Source of the DNA: Monocercomonoides exilis PA203
Taxonomy: Eukaryota > Protista > Preaxostyla
Length of the DNA: 64,000 nucleotides
Assembly (NCBI GenBank): GCA_001643675.2
Contig: LSRY02000043.1
Location: forward strand, 805,232 to 869,231
Direction: 5' to 3'
Below the pieces are notes generated by a model. It was given only the letters and a program-made list of their open reading frames with translations, was not told the origin of the DNA and did no database searches. Position 1 is the first letter of the stretch, and each line of letters begins with the position of its first letter. Positions 38,285 to 51,300 of this stretch are shown here, one piece after another. The translations under genes were made by a program, and so were the position numbers.

Positions 38285-38975
38285 CTACCACAATCGCTTT
38301 AATCCTCCTTTCGCAATTCTTTCTCTTTCTTCTTCTTCTTTTCTTTTTCGATAATTCTCTGCTTCCAATCGACTTTTCGCAATCTCTAATTGCCTCTTTT
38401 CTTCGTGTACATTTAATACAATTGTTTGCACTTTGCCAGTGCAATAAGCCATCCGAGTTTCTCTTCTATCATAAACCGTATAGTAATAAAGAAGATCGGT
38501 TAAGGTTAGCAAATTATATGCTGTTCGCTTCTCATCAAGCAGTTCTTCTACATCAACAGCTGAAAATCTTTCAATGATTTGCTTCGTCCGCTCTGAAACA
38601 TCTGACGGCTGATCACTTTCATCAAAGACTCTCCCGCTTTCTTCCTCAGGATCCTTCAAATGGAGTTCCTTAATCTTTCTTTTCCGTTCTGCTATTCTTC
38701 TGCGCGCTTCCCCCAAACGACGATAATAAACCTCAAGAGCAGCAGAGCTGGCTAAAGAAATATTTGTTTGCTGCAAAAGATCCAACCTTTTTTTGATGGG
38801 ATCATTTGCAACACTCAAAAGCACCGAAAGCAACGAAGTAATTGTGGACGGAAAAAGATATGGGCTTTTGATTTGGCTGTTCATCATTTTGATAATGCTC
38901 TGAATCAAGCGATTTTGGATATCTTCAGCAAAATCTGAGAAAACAAAATATAAAACATATTTCACAACAATAATT

Positions 38976-39032
<57 letters not shown>

Positions 39033-39732
39033 AATTCACAGCAAAGGAAACAAACATTTAACAAAATTCATTTTTAGAATAAATGCAATTCGATCAATAC
39101 GCTCCAGTATTCTATCGTCAGTCGTCGGATTATCATATGAAATCAATAAATTCGACATCCAAAGAAGACATTTCTCTGAGCAAACTCCATGATATCCAAG
39201 GGTTGATGTGTATGCAAGATCTAATAATTTATTCAAGTTATCATCATATTCATGCATTCCCGGGCTCATGGCTTCTGCTTCAAAAGAAGTTAATTCTTTC
39301 TCAACCCTTTCAAACAAAACTTTTGTCAGGTTTGTGTAACTTGATTCAACTCTCCCTTCCCCTCTATTAAGCACAGCACATTCACCAATAAGCTTCAAAA
39401 GAGAAAATGTTAAGGCTTCTCCCTCGGGATTAGGATTTGTAAGTGAAGAAATTGGCAGCAAATCAAATGTGTTTCTGCTTATTCCTTTTTCAATTCCATC
39501 TCCATCGAAACAAACAACAATCTTTTCCATTGTATCCATCAACACTTTTTGCTTTTCTATTGGTGCTGCAGGCAACTGCCGCGCCAAGACTTATTTTTGC
39601 GTAAAACAACCGCGAAACGTACAACATAAAAATAATTAAAAACGGCACACAGCTATAATCTAAACCTTTGTAATAATAATACGATCCGTAGGCAAAAAGG
39701 TCAAGACTTAAAAATTGATTGTTATAAATCAT
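38285..39732 (-). CDS. Multi-exon hypothetical helical/coiled-coil protein
   Basis: Coding-like ORFs 39036-39587 and 38285-38935 are separated by a short GT...AG intron containing a long poly-T. The C-terminus is charged and coiled-coil-like. The 5' exon is tentative. Confidence 0.65.
38977..39030. repeat. Poly-A tract (~50 nt), intronic
   Basis: Directly visible homopolymer. Confidence 0.9.
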
Positions 39733-40674
39733 TATTTATAATGGTTAAAAAAGCATTTATTATGGACTCATTATTCTTCGCATAAGAATTATTTTTAAAA
39801 ATGCTTCTTTTGTAATCGTTTTGGTTCATTAATTAACTTCTGAGTTGCTATAAGGTGAATGCACGTTGAAGAGTAAACACGAAAAATAATTCATTTCATT
39901 TCCATAAAAATGATTAATTAACTGAAGATAAAGTTATTTTCAAGTTCATATCTATACTATTCTTGATGAGATTCATATGGAACGAAATATTTTGCTTTCT
40001 GAATTTTGTTCCATTCCACTCTAACAAAAAAATTTCTCAAACTCGGAATTTTTCTGTATTTTTTGACATGAGAATGAAAGACTAAAAATGATAAGGTTGG
40101 AGAAAAAGTTTGGAACAAATCGTTGATTTTTTCTTAAATGAAAAAATTTTGCCCCATATGTCTTGAGCGTTAATACCATATTTTATTTTCCACTTTCTCT
40201 TTTTTCTTACTCAACTTTCTAAAATCACATTTATTCGAGTATATCATTCACATGTGTTTCTCACTGATTTCTTCTATTTCAAAAGATTCTTATGTGAAAA
40301 ACATTTATTATTAAATAAAACATTTTAACTGTTTTGCAAAATAATATTCTTTCTTTGTGCTTTTGGTATTCATCAAAACCAAAACAATTTACCATAATTA
40401 AAATTCTGAGATAACCATAATTTAATTATAGAAGTCATGATTAAGAATAGCGCTCAAAAATCAAAGAGTGTCAGCAATAAGCCAAGTTTGAAACTTATCA
40501 TTGATCATAATATCTTAATACATTTATATTTGTTGTTAAAAATTTTCAGTAAACAATATTCAAGACTTAAGTCAAAAGCGAATTACACAACAATTATCTT
40601 TTGAAGTTTCTCCAACCATCTCAGATGACGAATTTAACAGAATACAAAAAGTTGCATACATATTTGGAAACGAT

Positions 40675-43389
40675 ATGTCATCTCTTGAACAGCGATATCC
40701 ATTGCAAAGTGACGAAATTGTTCGAAAGAGCCTCAATGAGGCTGAATCAAACAAAACTTTGAAAAATGAATATGTAAAATCATCTCAAAACTCTTTTGCA
40801 AAACATTCTTCATTACTGGATTCGTTACAGAGCAGAAAAGGCCCACTTCAATTTGTTCGGATGAAGCAAGGAGTTTTAATTAATGAAGGAATTAATGAAG
40901 CTAAATCTCAAGAACATGCGGAAACCGCAATTGAAAGAAGGAAACAAAAAAAGGAGGAACAACAAGAAAATGAGAAAAGCGATAATGATGGCGATAAAGA
41001 GGAAAGAAAAGAGGAAAGAAATTTAGATAATGAAGAAAAAGAGGAAAAAGAGGAAAAAGAGGAAAAAGAGGAAAAAGAGGAAAAGGAAGAAAAGGAAGAA
41101 AACTCATTTCCCAGCTTTCCGTCTTCCTCATCTTCTTCCTCATCTTCCCAATCACTGTTGAATGAGAAAGAAGAAATTGATACAAATACTTTAAATGAAG
41201 AATCACCAAGAAAAAAGAGCTCTCGGTCAAGTGCAGCAGGCATGTTTAAGGGATTGCTTCCATCTGCTTTCAAAAAAGTTTGCAGGCCATCGGCTTCTGC
41301 GGCTCAATCTGCTATTCCAGGCAGACAGATGGAATTATGTTCTAAACAGGTAAAATTTAGGCTGAAAGCAAAGGAAGGAAAGAAGCTAATGCGAGTCGAA
41401 CACATTGGGTTCAATGCAACGAAAGAGCAAGAGCGGGAAATTAGGGAAGCGGATAACTTTTTCCAGAGAGGTTTTGTCAAAAAGCAAGTTGAGGTACTCA
41501 AAGATATATCAAAAAAGAAAAGGCTTAGAAAGGCAACTGCTTCGGAAAAAGAAAAGCGCGAGGAAATTCAGTCCGATGACGAAGACGATGAAATGGCCGA
41601 TTCTGATTTAGATGAGTTATACGACGAAATCCAAGTTTCTGAGCCAAAAATCCTATCTCGATCTCATGTTGCTCCTCAAGCTAAGCAACCAATTATTCCG
41701 CACCCGAAGGCAGCTCCGGTAGTTGAAAAAATTCGAGGAATGCCATTTCCAAAGGAATTTATTTATCAAGCGGATCCATCTGCTTCTTTGTTTACAGAAC
41801 AGCCAGAAAAGGAATTTGAAAAATCATTCGATTATCGAGTTGCGGAATTTCGTGTGGCGTTGGATCGATATCTCAATCGAGACACAGGTGCTCTTAGCTT
41901 ACAGTTATTGATGGAAAAGGAGCAATTGGCAGAGGAAGAAAGAAAAATATTCGCAATCAAAAAGGCAGACAACGAAAAAGACGATGCTGCTTCTTCTTCT
42001 TCAACTCCGTCAACCGAAGTTGCAGAATTTGATGGAGAACCAGCATCAATTAGAGAACCTGAAAAAAGAAAAGAGGATAAAATCCCAAAGGATGATTTAT
42101 CGAAAGGATTAAAGATTGCAACGACAGCTAGTCGATCACCCCCTTCAAGAATTAGGACTGTCTGTAGAGTGCCGGGCAATGCAATTAAAATAAAACCAAA
42201 ATTACCTCGGCCAAAGCCCAAAGGGCATTTAATTGGGCATCAAGTTCGTTTGCCTCCTCCACAACAAGGAAGAGCTAACTTAACAAAGCAACAGATTATG
42301 CGCATTACGGTGAAACGGGGACTTTACTTTGTACAGTCATCTTTTGATCAATTCATGCAAAGTGACCCAAACATGTATAAAAGAGAATTATATGTTTCTT
42401 TTGAGAAGGAACCAGCTGTTGACATTGGTGGCGTTCGAAGAGAATGGTTTTCTCTAATATTACCAGCAATAACAAATCCAGATTATGGCTTGTTTGCAAC
42501 TGATGTTTCCAATGGCAATAGAATCTATCTATCTCATCTTGCATCAACAGCGCAGGATTATCCAAAACAGTTCTATGAATTTGTTGGATATTTGATGGGG
42601 AAGGCTCTGATGGAAGGAATTACGATACCTGCACACTTTTCCAGTTTTTTGTTTAAGACTCTTTTGAATGAAATTCCTCATATTTCTGATGTTGCATCAG
42701 TGGATCCTGAATTAGCGCTTCAACTTGCACAGATGGAGACTGAAGATGTGACAGATTATAATATTCCATTTTCTTTGAATGTGGAAATATTCGACAAAAT
42801 CCACGAAGTTAATTTAATTGAAAATGGATGCAACATCGAAGTGACCAACGAGAATAAGAAGGATTTTATTGCATTATGCGCTCATCACAGACTTTTTGGC
42901 GGAGTCGCATCACATCTTGAGGCTCTAACTTCTGCTTTTCATAAAGTGATTCCTGCGCGTCTGATTGCAGGACGCTTCACTCCGGAAGAATTGGAATCAA
43001 TGATCTGTGGGCAGGCTGTAATTGATGTCGATGAATGGGAAAAGAACACAATTTATTCAGAGGGATTCACAAAAGAATCGCAAACTGTGAAATGGTTCTG
43101 GGAAACAATCCGCGAAATGAAAGAAATAGGCAAGCAACTTGTTTTATTTTACGTAACAGGATCACGCACACCTCCAGCTCTTGGATTTGAGTATCTTGTC
43201 GGAGCACAGTCTAATATGCTAAAAAAATTTGAATTAAGAAAGCTGAAAGATTTATCTTCAGAACATTTACCAGTCTCCCACACTTGCTTCAACCAGTTAG
43301 ACATGCCAGAGTATGAATCGAAAATTCAGCTACGCGAAAAATTGCTGCTCTCTCTATCGACAGTTAATGAAGGGTTTACAATGGGCTAA
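40675..43389 (+). CDS. HECT-domain E3 ubiquitin ligase
   Basis: EPAVDIGGVRREWF, FTPEELESMICG, VKWFWE, YVTGSR and catalytic LPVSHTCFNQLDMPEY, ending EGFTMG. The true start may lie slightly upstream. Confidence 0.95.
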   Translation: MSSLEQRYPLQSDEIVRKSLNEAESNKTLKNEYVKSSQNSFAKHSSLLDSLQSRKGPLQFVRMKQGVLINEGINEAKSQEHAETAIERRKQKKEEQQENEKSDNDGDKEERKEERNLDNEEKEEKEEKEEKEEKEEKEEKEENSFPSFPSSSSSSSSSQSLLNEKEEIDTNTLNEESPRKKSSRSSAAGMFKGLLPSAFKKVCRPSASAAQSAIPGRQMELCSKQVKFRLKAKEGKKLMRVEHIGFNATKEQEREIREADNFFQRGFVKKQVEVLKDISKKKRLRKATASEKEKREEIQSDDEDDEMADSDLDELYDEIQVSEPKILSRSHVAPQAKQPIIPHPKAAPVVEKIRGMPFPKEFIYQADPSASLFTEQPEKEFEKSFDYRVAEFRVALDRYLNRDTGALSLQLLMEKEQLAEEERKIFAIKKADNEKDDAASSSSTPSTEVAEFDGEPASIREPEKRKEDKIPKDDLSKGLKIATTASRSPPSRIRTVCRVPGNAIKIKPKLPRPKPKGHLIGHQVRLPPPQQGRANLTKQQIMRITVKRGLYFVQSSFDQFMQSDPNMYKRELYVSFEKEPAVDIGGVRREWFSLILPAITNPDYGLFATDVSNGNRIYLSHLASTAQDYPKQFYEFVGYLMGKALMEGITIPAHFSSFLFKTLLNEIPHISDVASVDPELALQLAQMETEDVTDYNIPFSLNVEIFDKIHEVNLIENGCNIEVTNENKKDFIALCAHHRLFGGVASHLEALTSAFHKVIPARLIAGRFTPEELESMICGQAVIDVDEWEKNTIYSEGFTKESQTVKWFWETIREMKEIGKQLVLFYVTGSRTPPALGFEYLVGAQSNMLKKFELRKLKDLSSEHLPVSHTCFNQLDMPEYESKIQLREKLLLSLSTVNEGFTMG

Positions 43390-44406
43390 TTTCTTTATGA
43401 TGGCAAAAATTGAATTTTTCATTTTGAAAAGAAATCATATTTCTTACCAAAATATTTTCATTATTACAGTATTTTCATTTTATTGTTGATTTCTTTTAGG
43501 ATCGAATTATCACAAAAATTATTGATAAAAATTTGCCTTTTTCGTTTGATTATTTATAAAATCCCAGTGATTTTTCAACAAAATTTTGTTTTTTGGTTTA
43601 TTTTTTAACTGATTCAGATTTCCCATTTTTTAAAATATTGCTTTCGAGCTATGCTGAATATTTGCATTCAGTATTGCATGATTTTTAGAAATAATACTGG
43701 AAATTAGTAATTACAGATATTACTTTTTCATCAAATAATATTATCTATGACAAAAAAAAATATATTATTTTTTGCCTGCATAAATGAAAATTCACAAAAC
43801 ATAATTGTGAACCTAATTTTCTTTCGTTTCAGCTGAGATGAACACTTGTTGTTTTCATATAGGGTGCATATTTTATCTTGACCTCAAAATTTTATCTCAA
43901 CCCTTTTTTTTGAAACTTTCTGAAGCTTTTTTCGAGCTTAGCAAAGGTTTGAAACAAAAAATAAATAAACAAACAATTTTATCATAATTATTTACAACTT
44001 TATGTTGTTTAATTTTTTGTAAATTTTTTGTGCATATAAATTGTTGTAATTTTTTTTATTTTAGCACCCAGATCAAAGACTTGCTGGCCATGAAGCGAAT
44101 ATTTCATACGGAACGTTTAAAGCCACAATATCATAATTCCACATTCATATATTTTTATTTTAACTAGTTTTTAACATTTTCAATATAATTTTTCACCTTT
44201 TTTTCTGATTTGACTGTTTTTGCTTAAAACACGTTTTTTTATAAAAACATGTGTTTGTGTCAAATTTTATGTAAATGAAAAAAATATTCAAAATCTTATT
44301 TATCGTTTATTTGCATAAAGCATTGAAATGAAAAGGAACTTTTCAAGAATATTAACTAAAAAGCAAGTACATATGATACTTTTGTTATTCAAATTACCAA
44401 ACATAT

Positions 44407-44646
44407 GGGTGATTCTTTTTGAAAAGTCGCAAATGTTTTATTTTCAAATTAATCAAAAATTTCATATTTTACTCAAAATTTTGTTAACAAATATCAAACT
44501 TCACTTAAATGGAATCTATTTCTTGATAATGCTATTTCAAACATTCTTAAGCAGATTTGTGAGCTGAAACAGAAATGTGAGCAAAATATGAAATTTTTGA
44601 TTAATTTGAAAATTAAACATTTGCGACTTTTCAAAAAGAATCACCC
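44407..44646. mobile_element. MITE copy 2 (~70-bp TIRs), TSD ATAT
   Basis: GGGTGATTCTTTTTGAAAAGTCGCAAATG... / ...CATTTGCGACTTTTCAAAAAGAATCACCC, with ATAT on both sides. Confidence 0.9.
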
Positions 44647-45323
44647 ATATACTAACAAATAATCATTTTAACATACAAGAATCTTTTTATTTTAATAATG
44701 TTTATTTATCATTTCAATAAATTTCAAAACAAATTCATATGCGTCCTTAAATCGTATTTTTTGAAAAAATGTGTGAAATGAGAAAAAATGATAAAAAAAC
44801 AAGTTGAGAAAGTTTTAAACAACTAAATCATATAAAAATAAAACGATGTATTATGAACTGAAAGCTTAAAACTTCTGAGAATAAGTATTCGATGGAATAG
44901 CAGCAAGTCAATGATCAAAACATAAAATTATTATTATCCTCGATCTTTTTGCAAAACATGAAAAATTGAAAAAAAAATACAGAATAAGGAAATTTAAACA
45001 TTTCAAACATTTCTGGTAATTTTTTATTAATCACAGGCTTGTGTGAAGCTAAAAGCATGACAAAAAAGAAAAAGGTCTTGATAAAGTGAAAAGGTCAAGA
45101 TAAAATCATAGCCATATATATGTTTTTTCCACTTACTTATGAAGGAATGGATTTGATGTTGAAATAATGTTAAAAGCTCTATGAAATCATGCTTTAAAAT
45201 ATAATAAAAAATAAAATCTTCATTATTCCAAGTAGCTTGTTCTTCATCACACGCATTTGAATAATTTTTTGTGATTTTAATGAAATTTTTTCTTTTTTTT
45301 TCTTTTTTCTTTCTTTCTTTCTT

Positions 45324-45324
<1 letters not shown>

Positions 45325-45370
<46 letters not shown>

Positions 45371-45374
45371 TTTT

Positions 45375-45417
<43 letters not shown>
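45325..45417. repeat. Poly-T followed by a (TG)n microsatellite
   Basis: Directly visible. Confidence 0.9.
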
Positions 45418-45419
<2 letters not shown>

Positions 45420-45462
45420 GCAATTCATTGTTCCTTTATTTTCTTTATCCGAATTGTTTCCT

Positions 45463-46880
45463 TTATTTTTTTTCCATTTTTATTTTCTTTTTCAAATTAT
45501 CATCCCATTCATTTAGCACCTTATCTTCTGTTATTTCTTTGCCGTTGAAGTCAAATCGATTTTTATGAGAAGGAAAAGGATAAGTCGATGATAGAAAAAG
45601 CTTCATCAGAACTGGCTTAGACGAGTCTTTCAGCACACTGCTGCATTTGGATGCTCGTTTTTTGACAGAATGTGATAACTCCGAATGAACTGGTTGATAA
45701 AGAGCTTCCACCAGAGCTGTTCTCTTCGCAGCTGAAGACGACGAAAAAGGTGCTTCGAACTGTGAACTCATCTCAGACTTCAGGACAGCAAACACTCCTC
45801 GGTCAAATGGCTGGCGGATGCATGTGCTTTGAGTGACGGTTATCACAACATCCACATTTTCTTTTTTGAATTCTTGCCAGATTGTTTGATCTGCACGAGA
45901 AACGTGTGAGTCGATAAGAAGCAAGCAGTGTGATTCGTCGAGTGATATGTGTTGTCTTATTTCTTTGATCAAAGGGAGAAGAATTGAAAGTGCACACTTC
46001 CTAAACGTTGAAGATTTCATCCATTTGCATTTGTTCGGTTAAATCTCAAGATTTGAAGACTGAAGAGGCTTCAAGTCATCAGGAAGTTTGAGACTCGGGC
46101 ACAGAATCACTGAAGAAAGTGATTGTCCATCAGCTGCAACCGCCGCAATCAGTGTAGAATTCGTGATTCTCTCAATAGATTAAGCGAAGCTGGATTTTGA
46201 ATTTTATAGATGAACAACATTTCGATAGGAGCTATCGGGAACTCTGAGTGATGACTCGTCCACATTAAATATCAGTGCATTGTTGTTATTTTTTGTTCGA
46301 TGAAATCCATTGAGAATATCATCCCAGGGCTTTGAAACTTGTTGGCATGATACCAAAAGCCTGTTCTCGTCAACAATTTTCGGTTTTGATATCTTCAACT
46401 CTGGATGTCGTTTGATGAAATCGTAGGCAACTGACGCAGAAATTTTAACATCTGGCTTGTTTTCTGGTTGACAAACATAAACAATGTTTTTGATCCGTTT
46501 GATATTAATTAATACATTTCAAAGAATATTTATGCAAACCAGTTCACGCATTTTCTTGATGGTTAAGCTTGCTCCAGACAGTGATTCAATTTTTGTTTCG
46601 TCCAGCACTGTTTGCTCTTTTTCGCCAATTTCCACAGCAGGTCTTCCAATTTTTGAAACAAGTCTGCCTTGCCGAACAGCCTTCACAGCACGCTTGATTC
46701 GTGTTTTGCTGAATTTTTTGCTGTTGTTTGCATCCACCATGCGCACAGCTCCATCATTAACTATATGCGCCATTCGCTCCAGCGGATTCCGAAATAATTG
46801 ATATTTGAACGACAGCATCTCCCCCCCGCAGCTTCATCTGACCCGCAGTAGATTTCCTTGCAACTTCCTTTTTCATTTTT
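45463..46880 (-). pseudogene. pogo/Tigger-like (DDE_1) transposase pseudogene
   Basis: KIGRPAV (GRP motif), LIFNVDESSL (D1), LLIDSHVSR (D2) and RQPFDRGVF (D3). The sequence is split by stops and frameshifts. Confidence 0.85.
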
Positions 46881-47123
46881 AATTTTTGGGTTATTATCAT
46901 TGAGCCAGTTAATAAATTTTATTATCGCAAATTTCAATTTTCATTGAAATTTAATTTTTTTATACATTAAATGCATATTTTTTTGAATTTCATACATTAG
47001 AACCAACCTGTAACTGAAAAAACTTCAACGGGAGGCTTTAAACCCCCTTATTTCCCCTCCCCCCATAAGAAACAGGTTCTACATTTAAATGTATTTATTC
47101 AATTGCTTATATTTTTCAAAAAT

Positions 47124-47381
47124 GAGTGATTATTTTTTGAAATCATATTTTTTTCTAACAAAAATTTCGGTTTGGACACTTAAAAAGAATATTTATAAAT
47201 GGACCCTGTAAAGTGATAGATTTTTTTAATGATGCAGCTGCAATAATTTCTAGTCAAACCTTGGCTTTTGAAACGAATAATAAACATTTGATGTTTAATT
47301 GACGATTATTCAGCAAATGAAAATGAATTTTCTAAAGAATAATAACACCGAAAAAAGTTATGATTTAAAAAATAATTACCA
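47124..47381. mobile_element. MITE copy 3 (degenerate), TSD AAAT
   Basis: GAGTGATTATTTTTTGAAATCATA...TATGATTTAAAAAATAATTACCA. Its internal sequence is homologous, in inverted orientation, to 61672-61925. Confidence 0.75.
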
Positions 47382-48389
47382 AAATACCAAAAAAACTACG
47401 AATTAATCGAAATGTGGGTGGCTTAATAATTGATTTTAAAAAAATAGGATCTAATAAAAATATGACCGTATTTTTAAATATCACAAAACCTAAATGAACC
47501 ATTACATTAAATTGAAGTCTTATGCATTGAATTATACATCAAAACAGATTTTGATACAAATATAAAATCCTTATCACCTGGACACAATTTTTGTGTTCTC
47601 CTTTAAAAATTATCAAAAGGCTTTCATTTCTTATGTTGTGCAAACATATTCATTCTCGTTGAATATTCACTTTTGGTTCAATTATCAAAAAGAAAAGCCT
47701 TTTTTACATTCATTGTTAACCTTTTTTTATTTTGAAAATGGGAAAAACAAGGACGTTTGTATTTGTTGATTATCTTCATTGATAAAATTTCCCCATTTTA
47801 CCATGAACAGGATATACAATGAACAAAATATGTCCAATTCATCTAGCTGGGGACGAAGAAGACGAAGAAGAAAAAGACAATGATGACTTTGTTGAGTGTG
47901 AAGAAGAAGATGGGGAAGAAGATTACAATGAAAAATGCTTCACATGCTTTCAGAGAATGCGTTATTTTCTCAACAAGGAATGTATCAACTATCATTAATT
48001 TAAATTTGATGATCCTTTTTTGAATGTTTGATGAAAATATAAATATTTCACCTGAATAATTGCTTCTTTTTCCATTTATCACATAATGCAGAATTCTTGC
48101 GTTTATCAAAAAATAAGGAATGTTCGAAACATTTTCAGCCTTTATTTCACAATCCGTATTTCATCTTTATTCCAAAAAAATATTGAAATATCAAAAATAG
48201 TGAAAAATTTTGGTAAATATAATGTGGATCACATCTCATGAAGCAAGAAAGTTTGAAACAAATATTTTTCACATATCAATATTTAATTGAACATAAAGGA
48301 ATTTGTTTGAAAAACAAAAAAGATTCAAAAAGAATGGGTTATCAAAAACCCAATATTGGAAAAAACTTTTATTTCTGTTTTAAGTTTCC

Positions 48390-51300
48390 ATGCTCGACAA
48401 GTGCTTGCTGATATCTGCATTCATTTCCATATCCTTTCAATTAGCCGCCAACACAAGAATTGAATATCTTTCAAAAAGTGCCAGCAAGAGGGTTGTTTCC
48501 TTTGGCCTTGACGAGATGGATAATGGACCGATTTCAGTAGGAAGAAGTGCTCCGTCCATTGCAGTTGATGAAGATGCAAATTTGAAACACGAAAACGAAA
48601 TTGCGGAAAAGAACTTCACAAAGCCGGTGTCTTCGACCATCGACACATTCATTGAAATGCACAACAGCACTTTTTGTGCCTCAAAAGTCACCTTCTTTCC
48701 CACAGGAAGACAGTGTCAGATAGTGACATCTTGTTCGTCTCTTTTTCTGAAGCAGGTTTCTATGTCATTTGGGGCAAAGGCGATTTCCAGATTTTGTGAA
48801 GCAGAAGGCGGAAGGATAGAGATCTGCAATTTGAGTTTGCTGTTCCGAACACAAAACCGTTCGATTTCATCGCTTGTTGAGTGGAAAGAAAGTGCAGAGG
48901 GCGAAATTGGCTGTGGCAAAGCCTTTTGTCAGACACTTCGTTTTCGTGCTTGTCGACTCCACCCTTCTTGTCTGTGTTTGGTTCGCTGTCTCTTTTGCAC
49001 ATGTCGATGGAAAACGTGGTGTTTATGAATGTGTCAACAAACATTGCACACAGCAGCACCACTGCTTTCTCAGAAGCAAACCATCTCCAGAAATCTCTTG
49101 TCTCCAGCATCTTGCTGGTTGACTGTGACCAATCACTGTTGAGTGTTGATGAGAGTGCAACGAGGCTCGCAAAGTTAGTCGTGTTCAACTCTTCGTTTCT
49201 CAGATCGCATGACATTCAAAAGGATCAATGCTTCAACACTTCACTGCCTTCGTTTTCGAGTGGACAAATAGAGTTCGACAGTTGCAGATTTGAATCATGC
49301 ACATCAGCGACACGGAATGGAGGCGCACTAAATGTTGGTGGGAGTGCTTCTCTGACACTCAGAAGTTGCACTTTCACAAATTGCTCAATAACTTATTGTG
49401 GAGAAAATATGCCAAGAGGAGGTGCTGTTTACACATTCACAAGAGCGAATTGCACTGTTTTAAACACTTTGTTTTATGGGTGCTCATGCAATTGTTCATC
49501 AGTTCAACCTTTTGGAGGAGCTTTGGCTGTTTTCAATGCTTTCACATTTTTGGAAACAATGCGAGTTCAAAAATTGCTTTTCTCGCACATGTGGAGCATT
49601 TAACATTGAACAGCATAAAAAATTGGAACTTATTGACTGCTTGTTCGACAAAAATGAAGCAATTGTATCAAGAGGTTCTTTTCATTTATACAATGGAACA
49701 TTCAATGATTCTATAACCAACAGTTTGATCAAAGATTCAAAAGTGGAAAACGGTTTTGCCGGAGCACTCAGTTTTGAGTTTTATACAAATAAAATGATCT
49801 TTATAAAATATTGCCTATTTGATAATAACATATCCCCAACAAATGAAGGGAATGATATCCATTTTAGAGCAAATAATACAGTTAATGCAACCAAAGAGTG
49901 GATAATATATTCATATTCGACATCAAGTCAGACCGGGAGAGTGTATTGCAACGGAGACAAAGCAGGGTGGCTCCCAGATGTGCCTGCAGTGTACGATCCT
50001 CTGAGAGTCGACTCAGCTGGGGGAAGCGATGATGCAGGATGCGGGAAGAATGGAGCAGAGTGCAGGACAATCGCGTTTGCGGTGACACAGTGGGTGAGCC
50101 ACAGACACACAGGGGTTGTGGTGTGCAGCGAGGTGAGTGTGGAGAAGGCTGTGAGCATCTCCGGGCTGGAGATTTGCATAAGCAAAGATGCAACAATGGA
50201 ACATGGAACGATTCGGTCGGATGTGGAAAGCGGCTCGCTGTTCAGTGTGGGTAGCGGGAAGCTGGAGTTGGAGGGGTGGACAGTGATTCATGATACAGGA
50301 AATTCGAGGGGTTCGTCTCTGTTTGCAGTGGATGGGTATGAGGGTTTGGCGCATGTAAAGAATTGCACGATACAAGCGGACTCTGTGGATTTGTCGTTTC
50401 ACGAGCCGCTTTTTGTGGCAGGGAGGGGAAAGATTGCTATCGAGGACTGCCAAGTGGAGAATGTGTGTCTGGAAGGGTGCAGTCTGCTGATGTGGAGTGC
50501 TGAAGGAAGTGTTTGTGTTCGAGGCGGGAATATAACTCAGATAACGAGAAGAAATGGAAACGGGGGAGTGGCAGAGAAGGCGTTGGAGGCAGGAGAGATG
50601 TTTGAGTTTGGGAATGTGACGATGACCGGGTGCAGGTGCAGTGCGGGGGATGGCGGAGCGATTTGGGTGGAGATGGTTGGAGGAAGCTGTGCGAGAATAG
50701 GATCAGAAAGTTCAGTCACAGGGATGAAGCAATGCTGGGCAGAACGGAGTGGGGAAGGAGGTTTTGCTGGAGAGAGCAGAGGTGGAGGGATATGTTTGGT
50801 GCTGAAGGATGGAGGCGAAGACTTCTGTGTGGCTCGCCCGTTGTTTGAGGAGAACAATGCGGATTGGGGGCGAAATGTGTTTGTCAAATCTCCGGACCTC
50901 AAGAAAAGCACTGTTCAAGCACATTTTCCGTTCTATCCAGAGTATTTCTCGGAGCAAGAGATGCAGGGAGAAGATGGAAGAACACCGAATATTGGAATCC
51001 CGCTGGTGTATTTCCTGCAGCTGCGAGAAGCGCGAGTGAGTGTGGGAGACGGGGAGTGGATGTGAGTGCATGTGGATTTGCAAAGTATCAGTGCAAGACG
51101 ATGGACTATGCATTTGGGCAGCAGGAAGGGATGCATCTGGTGCTGTACAACAAGAGCTACACATGGAGAGAGTGCCTGGTGCTTGATGGAGCAGAGGGAT
51201 ATGACTTGAGCGGGAAAGAAGGGATGTCGGAGGTGAGGATGGTTGGGAACGAGAGTGGGCTGTACGAGATGGTGAAGGTGGGGAGCAGTGTGCAGATATC

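Noticed and set aside
38977-39030. Retro-element poly-A tail
   Set aside because: It lies inside a short intron with no adjacent element body or TSD that I could see.
46998-47082. TAGAACC...GGTTCTA short inverted repeat as a pogo terminus or RNA hairpin
   Set aside because: It is only 7 bp, and I found no matching end downstream of the transposase.
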